A program made the position numbers and the translations under genes. Under the pieces are notes generated by a model. That model was not told where the DNA came from, searched no databases, and saw only the letters and a list, made by a program, of their open reading frames with translations. Shown here piece by piece: positions 28,449 to 44,020 of a stretch of DNA of 64,000 nt. The stretch's first letter is position 1. Each line of letters begins with the position of its first letter. The stretch comes from the human T2T-CHM13v2.0 reference genome, Homo sapiens, in assembly GCF_009914755.1 (NCBI RefSeq), contig NC_060945.1. The stretch is one strand, 5' to 3'.

Positions 28449-29322
28449 GAGAGATGATTCTCAAATATTTACTTGCTCACACTGGTTATAAGCTAATTAT
28501 TAAGAGAGTTAAGTAGTATTTTTACCATATGTTCCTGAGTCAGTTGTACTTGTTAAAGGAGTGTTGCAAGTAATAAACCTTAGCATGCACAATTAGATTT
28601 ATTAATTGAGATGAGATATGTAGCAGAAAAGTGTTTAATTTCCAAGTAGGAAGTGGATAATACCTGTTGAATGATATACATTAAATATTAAAGAGTTAAC
28701 TGCTAAAGCTCAGATATCAGATCATCTGCCTATCCATAAAGATATTTTAATGTGTCTTTTTATAAAATGCCAGACTATTTGTAAAAGAAAAAAATCAATA
28801 TGCTTGCCAAGAGAAGTTGTATCAAATAAAGACAAATGTGTTTATTATAGGATCAAGAAAGCTGAATTCTCCATTTTAAATGGAAAATTGTATGAGGAAA
28901 TTCAAAGAGGAGTGAGATATAGCAGAAAACAAAATTGGCATCTGGGGAAATCTTATATTAATGCTCCTTACTAGTTCTTTCTGGAAACTTTATAACCATG
29001 CCTGACAAAGTGACAGTTACTCAAACTTTAAAGAGCCAGCTTCTGTGACCAGCATGGGGTGCATGGGAAAAGATTATTTATCTCTCTCTTTCTGGCCTAA
29101 TACTTCACACATTGCTCTTGGACAGAGAAGAATGAAGATCATTTAAATGACGTCTAGCAACATGCACTGAGTTTTAACTTCTTTTATGAAGAGACGGAAA
29201 CCTCCAGATTGTGGTTTTGATTCAGGAACCATAGCTCAATAAAATATCTACCCCTTTTGTTATTAATTTATGATGCACATCGAAATAAATTGACTAGAAG
29301 AAAGTAAATTTTTAGGTGTTGA

Positions 29323-29622
29323 TTTTTTTTTTTCTTTTTGAGACGGAGTCTCACTCTATCACCCAGGCTGGAGTGCAGTGGCACAATCTTGGCTCACTGC
29401 AAGCTCCACCTCCCAAGTTCATGCCATTCTCCTGCCTCAGCCTCCTGAGTAGCTGGGACTACAGGTGCCCACCACCAAGCCCGGCTAATTTGTTGTATTT
29501 TTTTAGTAGAAACGAGGTTTCACTGTGTTAGCCAGGATGGTCTTAATCTCTTGACCTTATGATCCACCTGCCTCAGCCTCCCAAAATGCAGGGATTACAG
29601 GTGTGAGCCACCGCGCCCGGCC
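29323..29622 (-). mobile_element. AluY-like
   Basis: Full antisense dimer; no clear TSD. Confidence 0.95.
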
Positions 29623-29703
29623 CCTAAAATGGCTTTTAAGTATTTTCTTGAATGAAAACACCAGATATATTCAACAGCAATACTAACATTAAAAAGACTT
29701 GGC

Positions 29704-30000
29704 AGCTGGGCGCAGTGGCATACACCTGTAATCCCAGCGCTTTGGGAGGCTGAGGCAGATGGATTCATTGAGGTCAGGAGTTCAAGACTAGCCTGACCAA
29801 CATAGTGAAACACCATCTCTACTAAAAATACAAAATTAGCTGGGCATGATGGCGGTTGCCTGTAATCCCAGCTACTCAGGAGGCTGAGGCTGGAGAATTG
29901 CTTGAACCCAGGAGGTGGACGTTACAGTGAGCCGAGATCACGCCACTGCACTCAAGTCAGGGTGACAGATTCCGTCTCAAAAAACAAAACACAACAAAAC
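29704..30000 (+). mobile_element. AluS
   Basis: Full dimer; TSD AAAAAGACTTGGC at 29691 and 30001. Confidence 0.95.
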
Positions 30001-31334
30001 AAAAAGACTTGGCAAACAAACCATTGTCATTCTTTGGATAACAATTTTTTAACCATTTCCAATTTAAGGTCCAAGTGTCCAGACCCCCACGTCTGTAAGA
30101 GATCACTACAAGTCACAAACGTTCAGGAAAACAATAATCCTAGCTTGTACTTCCCAATAATTAATTAGAAGTGTCTCTTCTGCAATTTGATTGAATCATC
30201 TCCAAGGAAAAACACTGCTGTAAAACATAAATATATATATATATCATTATGTATATATGGGTACAATTTTAAATACATTTCATTACGTTGATGTACTCTC
30301 AAAAATAAAAAACATGCAAACTAAACTCCTGTTGCTTAGACAATACTATAGATACATGTAGTCAATAACTTTTCTCCTGAACTGTTATCTCAATGAAATA
30401 GACTGATCTTTAACCAAAAGAAATGTGAAGATAATCAGTATGGGATTACATTTCCTTTATAATGGCTTTAATCAAGTGTAACTATATTACTGAGTATAAC
30501 TACAATTGCATTAAATTGCAATTTACTTAAGAATATTCAAGAATCCTTAAATTTTCAAAATATAAATAAAACCAAACAATATTAAAACTGATTTTCAACA
30601 GAAAATGTTTTTACCTTGTATTAAAATTATTAGACACACTACAATTACCCAACTTAAATCTGTTCCAGTTATTTTTCTGAATCCAGAAGCTAGTAACATA
30701 TAATATCTCTGTAACATCTTTACAAGATAGTTTTATATATGACATATTTACAATCACTTAAATGTCGTTTTTGCTACCAATTGACTTGCGAAAATTCATA
30801 CAATATCCTCATTTTTCAAGTAATAAGCTATTTTATGTAGTTAACATTGAGATTGCTCCAACAATCCATTTTCCTCAAACTGTATTTTCTTCCTCTGAAA
30901 TCCAAATTAATCATAGATGGTAATAGCTTTTGTGGAAGTAGAACTAAGGAGGAGATTTAATGAGTGATTAGTGGACAATTATCTTAGTTCTTTTTACAAA
31001 ATTAGAAGACTTTTTAAAACAAATTCACAATCTTTTTTATATTTGAATATCTTATCCACAGCTTGGATATGAAAACTTGTATTTTTTATGTTTATACACT
31101 CTAGTTTTGAGTTACTTTGTACCATAATCTATTATGGACAAAAAATAAAAATGCTTATAGAGCACAGAATTTCACAAAGTATGAAACATAATCCTTACCC
31201 CTTCACCCTTTCTGAAAAAGATTATAATAGAAAGAATGATTATAAAAAATGCATATGTAGCATAAGAACTATTTTCAAATCCTGATTCTATTGCTGATAA
31301 TAAGGATATGGCATCTCTTTAAAAAGAAGATAAC

Positions 31335-31871
31335 TGTGGCTTTTTTAAAATATAGCCACGAATACTTTGAATGTCCTCACATCAAAGGGTAGACATCATG
31401 TTTCTTCCCCCTGAAGTCAGACAGGCTGTGATTGCTTAAACCAACTCAGCATTAAAGTAATTCTATGTGACTTCTGAGGCAAGATTATTAAAGGCAATAC
31501 ATTGACCCATTAACTGCAACACTCAGGCAAGCTACCTGTATGATTCCATGTTGTGAGGAAGCTCAAGTTACATGAAGAAGCAATATTCAGACACTCTGGT
31601 TAAGAGATTATTTTGAGCGCAGCCTTTAAGTCATACCAATGCAGGAGCCAAACGTAAAGAAGCTTTCAGAAAACTTCATTGTCCAACGTTTAATTCATTC
31701 CTAGATATCTAGGAATTCTCAGAGGCCCCAATTACTGTAGACCACAGAGATGTCACCCCACTTTGCATTTTTGACCCCCTGACCCCAGAATATATGAGGA
31801 TGACAAAATGGTTATTGCATCACACCACTGAATTTGAGTAGTTTGTTTTGCAGAAGTAACTAGCAGAAGCA
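31335..31871 (+). mobile_element. MLT1-family MaLR LTR
   Basis: TGTGG..TAAAATATAGCCAC start; AAAATGGTTATTG..CCACTGAATTTGAGTAGTTTGTTTTGCAG end. Confidence 0.7.
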
Positions 31872-32309
31872 ATCACAAATAGAATGTTTTCTTTCTCCAC
31901 AATTTGGAACACCATCACAAAAAGGAAAGAAGAGAAAACGTGGCATAGCATAAACCTGAGTCTTCCATTTGATAGCTGTAAATTTTGGTAATTGGTATTT
32001 AAATCTTGGATGATATTCTCATATTCTGGGCATTTATGAAAGGTTAAATTAGATAGTGTAATTAAAGTATCAGACACAATTGTGCTTTCAACAAAAAAAT
32101 GCATAGTTATTTTATTCCTCCCCTTATTATTAAATAAATTTTAATAGGTCTTTTTATAGGTGAAACATTATTGCCAGAAAAGAATTTCAAACTATATAAA
32201 TGAGAAAAAAACAATGTTTGGCTTTTTTGAAATTAAGGAAAATTTCATAGTGCAAGAGGTATTGGTAATGCAGTCTATAGACATAAAAATTTCTTTCATT
32301 TTAATAAAT

Positions 32310-32830
32310 ACATGACTATCTCACAGGAGGAATACAATGTTTGAGATACACAGGTAAATAAAGGGTTGCATTTCCAGTCCTCATGGAATTTAGAATCTAG
32401 CAGGTAAATAAATGGGAATCACAAACAATTTTTAGCCCGATGAGTTTTTAATAAAGAGAAGACTACAATACTATGGGAATATAGAGCAGCAAAATTTGCC
32501 CTTGTCTCCTCGAAAATAAACCATTAAACTGATTCAAAATAATAGACAGTAGCTAGCAAATACTAGAGAATATGCCTTGAAGAAGCAGCAATAGACATAA
32601 AAGCTGTGAGAAGAAAGAATGCAGAACATCTTAGCGAAATTGAGACACAACTAGTGTGTTTGGGTCATAGACACCAGTAAGGGCACGTGACTGGAGAAAG
32701 AAGTCAGGGTTATATGAAAAGGACCTTTAGTAGATTACTGAATTTCTCTTAAGGGCAATAGTATATTATTCAAAGGGGTTAAGCAAGTGATTTCAGATAT
32801 TTGCTTTAAAATGTTAGCTAAAGAACGCAC
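32310..32830 (-). mobile_element. L2 fragment
   Basis: CAGTCCTCATGGAATTTAGAATCTAG and TTTCTCTTAAGGGCAATAG..AGGGGTTAAGCAAG resemble antisense L2. Confidence 0.5.
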
Positions 32831-34899
32831 AATCTACATGACTCTCCAGAGTAAAACTCTTAGGGATTTTCATACTTTTTTTTCCCTTTTGATGCTCATG
32901 ACACACCCTCATTCAAAAAAGGTTTGGCATTATTCTTCTATAATTGTACAATGGACATAAGAATAATTGATTTATGATTCGTACTGTCATGCCCTGATTT
33001 AGGAATCAGAAATATAAAGCCTTTTTATCACATACATGATTCAACTGGCAAACTTATTTAAATTTATCGCTATTCTTTCATGATTCTTTAAAAAAAAATC
33101 CTACAAAATGAGTTCACACTGTAAACTGTTTCCCAAGTATAGCAGGAGATTTCATAGAAATATATTTAAAGAGGATTAGTTAAGTTTTGAAAAACTAGTA
33201 TGTACCTTTATATAATTACCAAACAGGAGAACAAAATATTATATTATATTATGATAAACCTTTCATTATTATTTTTTGTCATAGTATCAAATGTCTATAT
33301 ATTTGCTTCACATTTAACTATTGACACTGGTAGTTTGAAAGCCTCTTAGTCTTTCTTGCTGTCTAATGGATGCTTGCTTAACGGACCTTGATAATATTGT
33401 AGGCTTGAATTTATATAAATCTTACCTCCAGAACACACAATCCAATAACTACCTATCCTATACAGATGGTCCAGATATTCTACCTATGTCTTTCTGGTCT
33501 CATTCATAGAAGTTATTTCTACTACTAGTACACTCTTCTCATGAGAAAACAAATAAAAAACAAAAACAAAAAAAAAGTCTACTTCCTCTTCACTCTCTTG
33601 CTTCTGCTCCATCTCATGAATTCTATTTGCTGGTTCTTTGTTCATGGAAACATTGCTTGGATCCAGAATGTGACTTTGCTTTCTGTGGTGCTGGCTCTTC
33701 TGCTAGCTTCTTTCCTTTAATCTTTTTATTAAAAATCATTCTAACATATTTTATTTTCAGCGTATTTTCTAGCAACATTCATCAGAATTAATAAGGAATC
33801 TCTGCTTAAAGTTAAGCATTATGGCTATGTAAGTTAAATGAAAGCATATTCAACATGTATAAATATTGGCATACAGCATAGCATCCAAGGACATAGTCTT
33901 AAAAGATAATTAAAACACTTAACTTTTATATGTGAGAGCTTGTTTTGAAAATGAAACTCTACACCCATACACAAACATAACATTTAGCAGAAAATTTTCA
34001 AGTTTTTTCAAAGGAATGTCACCTACTATGATCACAAAAGTTGGATGTCAGGAGTAATTAATTATCTCATACTTTTAGCCACAATGCTTAGACAGTAGGA
34101 ATTAAAGTTTTAAATTGGGACATAAATCTGGAATAAAAAGTTAAATTGGCTCTGTGGGATCTTATGTATAACTAAGAATGCTTATATTTTTCACCAAACT
34201 ATTCTCTTTTAAAGGTTTGCTTTATAGCCAATTAATTTTGCTGTATTGCGAGTCATGTATTTAATAATGAGAAAAAAACATGTTTTCTATATGTTGTTTT
34301 AGAAGAGATGGAAAAGCACTTCAGAATTTTGTCAGAAAAAAAGAAATATGTATCAAAGTAATTTTTCACTTTGTTACAAATTTGAGTGTGTCAACATCTA
34401 CTCTATATATTAAAGTCTATTCGACACATGCATAAATAATGGAATTAATAATATAAAATATAAATGACTGTGCAAGTAAGTTGACAAATTGTTGGAAGTT
34501 ATTTGCTAGAACATGAAAGTCAAATAATAAAAGTTGGGGAATACCAAAATATCATGTGCTTTTTTATCTGTCTAGGGAGATTGATTACTTAATCCACTTC
34601 TTTTTAAAGCTTCATGAGCACTCAAATATATTGTAACTCTTTCTGAATGAAAACATAATATTCATACAATGAGCGTGAGGATTTCATGTTGATCTTCCTA
34701 TTGTCTTTTAACAACAAAACAACCTTTCAAACATAACAATGTAAAACAAAAATTATTTGAGTATCTAACAGACTTCTCTTGGAGAAAGAAATATACTGAG
34801 ACCCAATTTGCTGTAGAGAGTGAGATTCGAAAGCATATTTTAGAAGAAGGGAGAGAAATTAAAGAAAACCTTAATTTCCTTAAATAAGAAATGCTGAAG

Positions 34900-37800
34900 T
34901 TCCACCTCTAGAATGGCTATGTGAAGAGCTCCATGAATCTTTTATAAAATTGTTGAAAATTATACAACAACCATCACCTATGTCACTTGAAAAGTCTTAA
35001 TGGTACATAGAAAATGATGAAGTATTTATTCAAGAAAATCTACTGAAACTAAGAACAGTAAGAGTTTTTTTGCATTTTATCCACAACCCATTCTTACCTC
35101 TCTTTCTCACAGACTATCTTGATATAAATTCTACTCAAGGCAATGTAGCCAAGAACACAGAACTTTTACTAGACCCCACTGGGGGGCTATAGCATCTTTC
35201 TGGGAGTAATAGTACATCAGAATTTTTCATTTCAACCCCCACCTACTGCCACTACCTGTTCTTGAGATTAAGCTTTTGTGGAATGTGGCCAAGAAGTAGG
35301 ATGTCACTTCTTCCTACCAGCTCTAATTCATGGAATGAGGACTGTTTGGGTGCAACACACTGAGAACATTGAGCCCTGATTGCCTTCTTTCTGGTTTGTC
35401 TGTAAGGCAAAGTTCTCATTCCAGGAGTGGCAAGCTGAGATTACCAATGGCTACTTCTCATCCCAGTGACCCAGTCTCCAGGAAGGGCTGTCACTCCGAG
35501 AGGAGAATGCTGCTCTCTTTGCTGCAATCACCAGAGCCAAAGCTCAGAAGCTTTGCCCAAAGGAAGGGGCAGAACACAGAGCAGAGAGTGTAAAGCTTTT
35601 CCCAAAAGAAGAGTTTGGGGAAATTCAACCATAAGGGTACTTTGAAAAACAATGAAGTGATGGTAAAAAGCAAATAAGAGAGACTGGCACTTTATTAGAG
35701 ACATATGCTTTGAAACAAATATCAGCTAGTTTACCAGGAATAACCCAGGAAAAAGACAGCTAAGAAGAGCCCCTCTGGTGTCAGGAAGAAGTTTCAAATG
35801 CTGAACAAATGAAAAGACCTGAAATAATAAATAAGACTGTTAATATAACAAAAGCTGTAAATACATAGTACGTTTCTTTTTATCTCTTTTTTTAAGACAT
35901 AAAATTACGTCAAGTGTGTTAGTCTGTTCATGCTGATACATATATATACCAGAGACTGAGAAATTTTTAAAGAAGAAATTTATTTCTCATAGTTCTGCAG
36001 GCTGGAAGTTTAAGATCAATTTGTTGGCAGGTTTGGTGTCTGCTGAGGTGCCTTGAACACTGCATCTTCCAGAGGGGATGAATGCTGTATTTTCATATGG
36101 TGGAAAGAATGAAAAGGCAAAGGGTCCTAATTCCCTCCAGCCCTTCTATAACACACTCATACCATCCATGAGGACAGAGCCCTAATAGCCTAATCATACC
36201 CTCAAGGTTCCAGCTCTTAATGCTGTCACATTGAAATTAAGTTTCAACATGAATTTTGGAGAGGACAAAACAACAAACCATATCATCAAGTAACATAAAC
36301 AATAAATTATTGGGTATATAGCAAATATAGATGTAATGTGTACAGCAACAATAGCACAAAAAGGAGAGCCAAAGTACACAAAAGTGAACAAAAGTAAAAT
36401 TTATATATACATATGGCACTAGAATTGTTATGCATCTACAATTGATTGTGATAAGATGTCTACAGTAAACCCTAAAGTAGCAATTCAGGGAAACATTGAA
36501 AAAACATAGATAAAATATTATTAAATTCAATGTTTTATAAAAAATACCTAATTCAAAAGAAAGCAGTAAAGGAGGAATAGAGGAATGAAAAGACATAAGG
36601 TATACAGAAAACTGAAGTAAAATGATGGATGTAAATCTAACTGTACTAGTAACTTCATGTGAAAATGAATTTAAATATTCAAATAAAAGATTGTCAGACT
36701 GGAGGAAAAACAAATTAAATAAAGAAGATCCATCCACATGTTGTCTGCAGGAGACACACTTTAGATCCAAAGATGAAAATTCATAGAAAAAAAGGATGGA
36801 AAAGTTATATGATGCAGGCAGTAACCGCAAGAAAGCTGGAATTGTTATATTAACATCAGAAAAAAATAGACTTTAAAACAAAAGGGGTTACAGAGGTAAA
36901 GGGAGATATTTCATAAAAATAAAGGTCCAATATCTCAAAAATAAATAATAATTATAAGCATATATATGTGTGATGAAAAGCCTTCAAAATCCATTGACGT
37001 AGAAACCTCCAAAAATGGAGATTAATTAGACAATTTAACATACTTCTTGCAGCCTTTAATACTCACTTTCAAAAGTGGATAAAATGACTATGCAGAAGAT
37101 CGATAAAGAAATAGAACACTTGAACAATACTATAAAATAACTAGACTGATTAGATATTTAAAGAACACTGTAACAACAGTAGATTCTCAAGTGCACACGC
37201 AACATTACCCAGGAATACCATATCCCAGGCCATAAAATAGACCTCAATGAATTTAAACATTGGAATAATACAAAGTATATTTTCAGACATTAATTGAGTA
37301 AAATAATAAATCAGCAATAGGAAAATTTGGGAAACTCAGAATTATGTGGAAATTAAACAACATGCTATTAAATAAACAATGGGCCCAAGAAGAAGTAGTA
37401 AGATAAATTAGAAAATACTTTAAAAAAGATAAAATACTTTAAGAATGCATAATATCTCTTATGTGATGCAATCAATGTAGTTCTCATACTCAAAAATAAC
37501 ATTCTCTAACCTGCCACCATAAGGCATTGAAAAAAGAGCAGCAAATTAAAACTACAGCAACCACAAGAAAGTATTAGGGATATACAAATTAGTGAAATAG
37601 AAAATACAGAAACAATTGAGATCCTCAACAAAGCCAAAAATTGTTTCTTTGAACACATCAGCAGTGGCCACAATTTAGATAGACCGATCAACAAGAAAGA
37701 GAAACTATTCAAGTATTAATGAAATTTTTAAAAGGACACTAAACTTAAAGAAATAAAAAATTATTATAAAAGTACCTATGAAAAAATATATCTAAAATTT

Positions 37801-38245
37801 AGATATTTTTTAAGAACTGGACAAATTCTAAGAAAGATTCAAATTAGCAAAAATGAGTCAAGGAGAAATATAAAATCTTATCAAGTAAAGAGATTTAGTA
37901 ATCAAAACTACCACCTCAGGAAACAATGACAACAGCAACAAAATCTTCTAGCCAAGAATGCTTCTACCAAACCTTCAAAGTTGAATTAATACAATTATTT
38001 ACAAACTTGCAAAAAAAAAAAAAGAGAATACACTTCCCAGTTTATTCTATGAAGCTAGTATTACCCTAATAACAAAACCAGACAATAGCATCAAAAAAAA
38101 AAAGAAAACAAAAACACAGAACAATATCTTTAACAAAAATAGATGGAAAAAATCCTCAGCAAAATGCTAATGATCAAAATCCAGCAAAACATAAAACATA
38201 TAATATACTATAACCAGGCAGGACTTATCTCAGGAATGCAAGAAA
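34900..38245 (+). mobile_element. Old L1M element (5' region plus decayed ORF2), interrupted by an MST LTR
   Basis: ORF2-like motifs: GTTGTCTGCAGGAGACACACTTTAGATCCAAAGA, GGAAATTAAACAACATGCT, TTATTCTATGAAGCTAGTATTACCCTAATAACAAAACCAGACAA, AAAAATCCTCAGCAAAATGCTA; many stops and frameshifts. Confidence 0.8.
35915..36285 (-). mobile_element. MaLR solo LTR, MSTB/C/D-like
   Basis: TGTGTTAGTCTGTT ... AAACCATATCA termini; exact 5-bp TSD TCAAG at 35910 and 36286. Confidence 0.9.
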
Positions 38246-41200
38246 AATGTAAAATAAATGCATCATTACATTACCTAGAGTCAATTATATTGAGTTTCAT
38301 TTTCCCTATTGATTACCTATTAAGTTGCTTCCAGTTTTACAGTATTTCCTACTGCCATTCCTAGACTCATATCTGGACTGTTTCACAGTATCGACTTTAG
38401 AGAACATAGAGGGATAATCTTCGAAATAAAGAAATAATACTGTTCATTGATTTTAAAATCATATATATACACACACAAATAGTCAAAAAGTCATTTTAGC
38501 CAAAATGAATTCCATCTCAAAGAAAATAAAATAACGAAATGATACCATCAAAAAGAGATGAGAAAATGGAGGAAATGAATATTGGAAAATAGAGTCACTG
38601 ACTTAATTGTTGGATTTCTAGTGAAGCAGGTAAACAAATTAAATTCTCTTCTGTAGAGTTATCCTATCTAGGGCCACATGTCTTTAACCTGGCACCAACA
38701 AAGTACTAAAACCATATAACAAAGCATTCTTTTATTAATTCCATATTCATCAAATGATTTTCTGGTATACATTTGGGTCCTCATGTAACTTTGTCTATCT
38801 AGAAAGAACACTTTTGTTAATTTAAAAGGAATATTTCAGTTCCTACAGCATTTCTTTACATTAACTGGTTTAAGTACCGATCTCCGTTAGTTAATGTTAG
38901 TATACCCCTAACGAAAACTGGATTAATAATCAGGTATCTGGGCAGGAAATGCTGTGCCTCAGGGTCTACTAGCAGTGAGTGAGTAAGGAAATGATTCTTT
39001 GTGTCTTTCTGTAGTAAGGCATTCATAGCTTGTTTTACAAAGCATAATTATAGCTACCAATATTTTGGAGCCATAGATCATCAGTAAAAGGCTATATTTG
39101 TGTGCAGAACGTTTGATATAAAAAGTTAAGACTTCTAATCTTATTTTGTTATAACTTTTCTAATTATATGCTATTGTATTTTCAGATATGAATACACACA
39201 ATGAAAACAACTAAAAAGACAAAATTACCATTCACAGTTTGCCTTCTTTCCATCAAAAATTGGTCTCATGTCACATAAATGTAGTTTATTTTAGAGATGC
39301 AGTGTTCCTTTGTATTCATAGCATCATCACTCAAGATGGTAATTATTATGGTGAACATCTGGGTCATTACACTGGCTTATCCTTTTACAGATTGGTATGA
39401 AATTGGATCTTATCCTTAAGCTCCAATGTCTCTATGGCCCTGATAATGTTGAAAATGCAGTCCTCACTGTACCTAACCTTAGGAAATGAATAAATGGCTA
39501 TTTGGAGTCCTGGCTCCCTTTGTGCTTTTATATTCCTGAGGGCATGGCTTTATAATACTTCACAGAATAAGACTAATTGTGAAACATTTGGATGTAAGTT
39601 GATTTGGATGTCCTTGATTACACAACATCTGCATGTAAGACAATACATTATTTTCAATTATGATTTTGTCAAGTTCTCAAAATATAGGATTGACTTTTAA
39701 CTGCAAGTATTTCTGTGTGCTGGCATAATACCATTTGTGCTATTTTCTTATATTTATTCTATGTATTAAAAGAGGATATTAAAAGGATTTTTGTGCTTAC
39801 TTTAGACAATAATTTATTATGAAAGTTTACTCATAAATATGCTGGACAGTCATTTCATAATAAAGTATGACATTCTTTCCTTTATGTCTCCCCAAGGGTA
39901 AAGATCATTCAAGCACAACTATCTCCTGTATCGGTATTTATTCACCTAAATAGACTGTTTTGGTTAAAATTTTAATGAAAAGTCATGCTTATATTACTGT
40001 ATAATTTTGTATATGCATGAATATTTATCTGTTCAAAGTAGAAATGTAGTTGACATGAAGGGATGTCTGCCTAGTTCACAAAAGTATGACCATGGAAATA
40101 TCATTTCTATGATACTCCCTCATTAGGGAGCTATTCCTTTGTCACTCCAACCTTGAAACTGTCCCTGTGCAGTACTTTTTGATCCAAGTAATAGACCCAT
40201 GATCTGAGAATAGTCAAAGTGCATCTCAGATTTTTAAGAGTTGGAGACAGTGAAGGTTTCACTTCTGATGGTATATGTTGTAAGAATGAGTCTGTATCTG
40301 TCAGTGCCAAATTAAGTAAGATGGAATAAGAATAAAGCTGATGCTCAGAGAAGGGGGAGTGAGAGTTAGAGGTAGTATTGACTATTGAAAATCCGTCCTG
40401 AGGTCAGACCCACAAATGCATTTTGTTATTTTATTTCAATACTGATAAAACCTTTTTATGGTTATAGTTCAAATTAGTTTTTTTCAATTTCAACTGAAAT
40501 AACAGGTGTAAAAAACCACAAAAGTACCCCATTTCCCCTTGCAAATGTATTGCTCTGAAGCTAGAATGATGTTGAAATACTGGAGGTCAACCTAAAATGA
40601 TACTATTTTACTGATGCCTTCATTTTTAGTATATTTTCCTTAGATTTTACAAGAGGTAAAAGCATCTACTATAGATGTGTTACCTTTTGAGGTTGCTTGT
40701 AGTCTTCATATCTGGTGTGTAGCTGCGACAGTGGAACACGATGGAAAGACTGGAAATGATACAATTCCAAAAAGCTGTTTTTACAGTGTGAAGCCTAGCC
40801 TCAGAATAAAATTCCAATACTATCACGCAAAAAATTACTAGGTTTGCACCAAGTATGAATAGGTTGGAAAACTAAAAAGGCCTATGAGGCCCTATAAGAA
40901 CCACCTTATTAGTGTTTAATAAAGGTAAAGTACGACAGAAATAAAATGCAGGAAATCATTGAAAGTCTGTCTTTCGGGAACAGAGCCTTTCTCCCTAAAG
41001 ATCCTTTCTCAGTCTCACAGACACATTTTATCTGTATATTATAAACCTTCAAGATTTGAGCTTACTATAATAATTTAAGGGAAGTGCAGAAAAGTCTTTA
41101 TAGCAGGCTCCCTCATACATTGTTGGTCATATACTTAAGCCAAGTTGTGTAAACCATCAAACTAAACATTCTCAACGATGTAGACCAGTTGGCACTAAAC

Positions 41201-41539
41201 TTAAAGCAATATATTATGAATCACTAACTAGCACATGCCATTTTCATCTTGCTCACGGGTCAGTGTTATGCTTCCAATGCATTTCTAGATATAAATATTA
41301 AGCTATTCCAGTCCAACTGTAAGAGAGCCCTCCCTTATGTAGCCATACATTAACATATATGAGAATGTAAGATGTGTTGAAGAAAAAATATCAAAGGATT
41401 GAGAAACCTACATAAATTTTAAAAACAATTAAGAGAAGACCAGGCTATATTTAATGTCATCAAAGATAATTCTAGTGCATTTTCATTATTTTTTCACGTG
41501 GCTTTTCTTTCTTTTCCCCTTGACTGATTCTCTAACTAG

Positions 41540-41820
41540 TTTTAATCAATTTTATAGAATAATCTGCGTATAAGGCACACATTTTAGTCCAGTTCAGTTT
41601 TACAAATTTATGAAGCTAGTTAACCACCTACACAATCAAATATAGAATATTCCCTTCATCTACACATTTATTGTACGACCTTTACCAATGAATTCCCCAC
41701 TTCAACCCCAGAAAGGTTTAATGCATTCTGTCTTTATATAATTTCAAATTTTATTTACATGAAAGCATACAATATTTATTATTTAGTATCTGCCTTCTTT
41801 CCTCTAGTATATGACAAAAA
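41540..41820 (-). mobile_element. L1 3' UTR fragment (old)
   Basis: TAACCACC..CACAATCAAATATAGAATATTCC and CATACAATATTTATTATTTAGTATCTGCCTTCTTTC. Confidence 0.55.
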
Positions 41821-42015
41821 TTCACTTTTTTTTTTTTGTACAAAGGAATGACAATCCTTCAATTGTAAAAACTAAACATGCCACCCAACTAATCACATGC
41901 CTTAGGGTATATTTCTGAAAAATAAGATACATATTTTAAAAGCAACTTTATTAAAACTCAGGGCTATTAAAGTATATATACAAATACAACACTAAAAAAT
42001 AAAGTTACGTTTCCA

Positions 42016-42666
<651 letters not shown>

Positions 42667-42794
42667 AATGAAACAACCCAGATAATGGAAGCAAGTATTT
42701 GCAAACCATGCATCAGGCAAGGGGTTCATACACAAAATATATAAAGAACTCAAACTACTCAAAAGCAAACATACAAATGATCTTATTAAAGAAA

Positions 42795-44020
42795 TATACC
42801 CCAAACCTTTGTCCCCCACCATTATTTCCCTACCTTCTTTTCCTGGCGGCCTTTGGCCCCCTCCCTCTCACCACTCTTTTTCTTTCACCATCTGCCCCCA
42901 AACTACTTCATCATTTTTTGCCCACCCTCATTTCACAAAGCTGCCTCTACTCTCCTGCTCAACACCCTTTTCCCCATGCATCTACCCAAACCCTTTCCCC
43001 AGTTTCTTCCCACTGTCTTTTCCCCTTATCCCTGGCCAGCCTCTTTTTCCCCAACCCGCTCTCATCCATCTCTTTTGCTCTCTCAACCATCTCTTTTGCT
43101 CCTTTATCTAAGCAAAAACATTTTCCCCCGTCTTTTCCCAAAACCTTCTCTCCACTCCTGCTGCTCACTACCCTCTTTCCCCGCTTCATCCAACCAAAAA
43201 CTGTTTTCTTCATCGTCTTTCCCCCCGTTCCTCCTTGCCATTCTCTTTCCCTTCTCCATCTACCCAAAAACATTTCCCCCGTCTTTTCACAAAGCCTTCT
43301 CCCCACGCCTATTCACCTCTCTCTTTCCCCCTCCATCTACACACCAAAACTTTCCCCACCACCTTTTCAAAGTCTCCCCCCTTTACCACTAGTGCTGTTT
43401 TTTCTCCTACCCTGCTTGCCACCCTCTTTTTTCCCCTCCATCTACCCCAAACTATTTTTCTGTTGTTTTCCCAACCGCCATCCCTGCTACCTCTCGCCAC
43501 CCTCTTTCCTCCCTCCATCTATCGAAACACTTTTCACCCACCGTCTTTTCTTTCTTCACTGTCTTTCTTTTCTGCCACTGTCTTTTCACAAAACCTTGTC
43601 TTCCTCCTGCTGGCTACCCTCTTTTTCCTTCTCCCACTTGCTACCCTCTTTTGCTCAACCCAAAAACTTTTCTCCCCCACTGCATTTTCTCCACACTGTC
43701 TTTTCACAAAACCTTCTCTCCCTACTGCTCCACCCGTTTTCCCCCATCACCTCCCTCTCTTTCCTCCGCCCACTTGCCACCCTCTTTTCCCCCTCCATGT
43801 ACCCTTAAACTTTTTACCCACCGTCTTTCTGCAAAACCTTCCTTCCCTCCCACTCCCCACCCTGTTATTACACCTCCATCTACGCAAAAACCTTTTTCCC
43901 CACCATCTTTTCACCACCATCTTTTTTCAATTCCTTCTCTGGCTAAGCTATCCTTTTTTCCCTTTGGCCCTAACTACCCTCTTTGCTCCCCTCTATCTAT
44001 CCCAAAACTGTTTTCCTTCT
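42795..44020. repeat. Pyrimidine-rich degenerate tandem array (about 70-120 bp units)
   Basis: About 11 copies of CCATCTACCCAAAA-like anchors (e.g. 42888, 43256, 43438, 43876) with CCGTCTTTTCACAAAACCTTC and CTACCCTCTTTT sub-motifs; very few G on the + strand. Confidence 0.85.

Noticed and set aside
31820-32104. 94-aa ATG-initiated minus-strand ORF
   Set aside because: No recognisable homology or splice context, ends inside an MLT1 LTR; length compatible with chance in 64 kb
36237-36830. 197-aa hydrophobic minus-strand ORF
   Set aside because: Antisense reading of A-rich L1 sequence, ending in an MST LTR; typical spurious ORF
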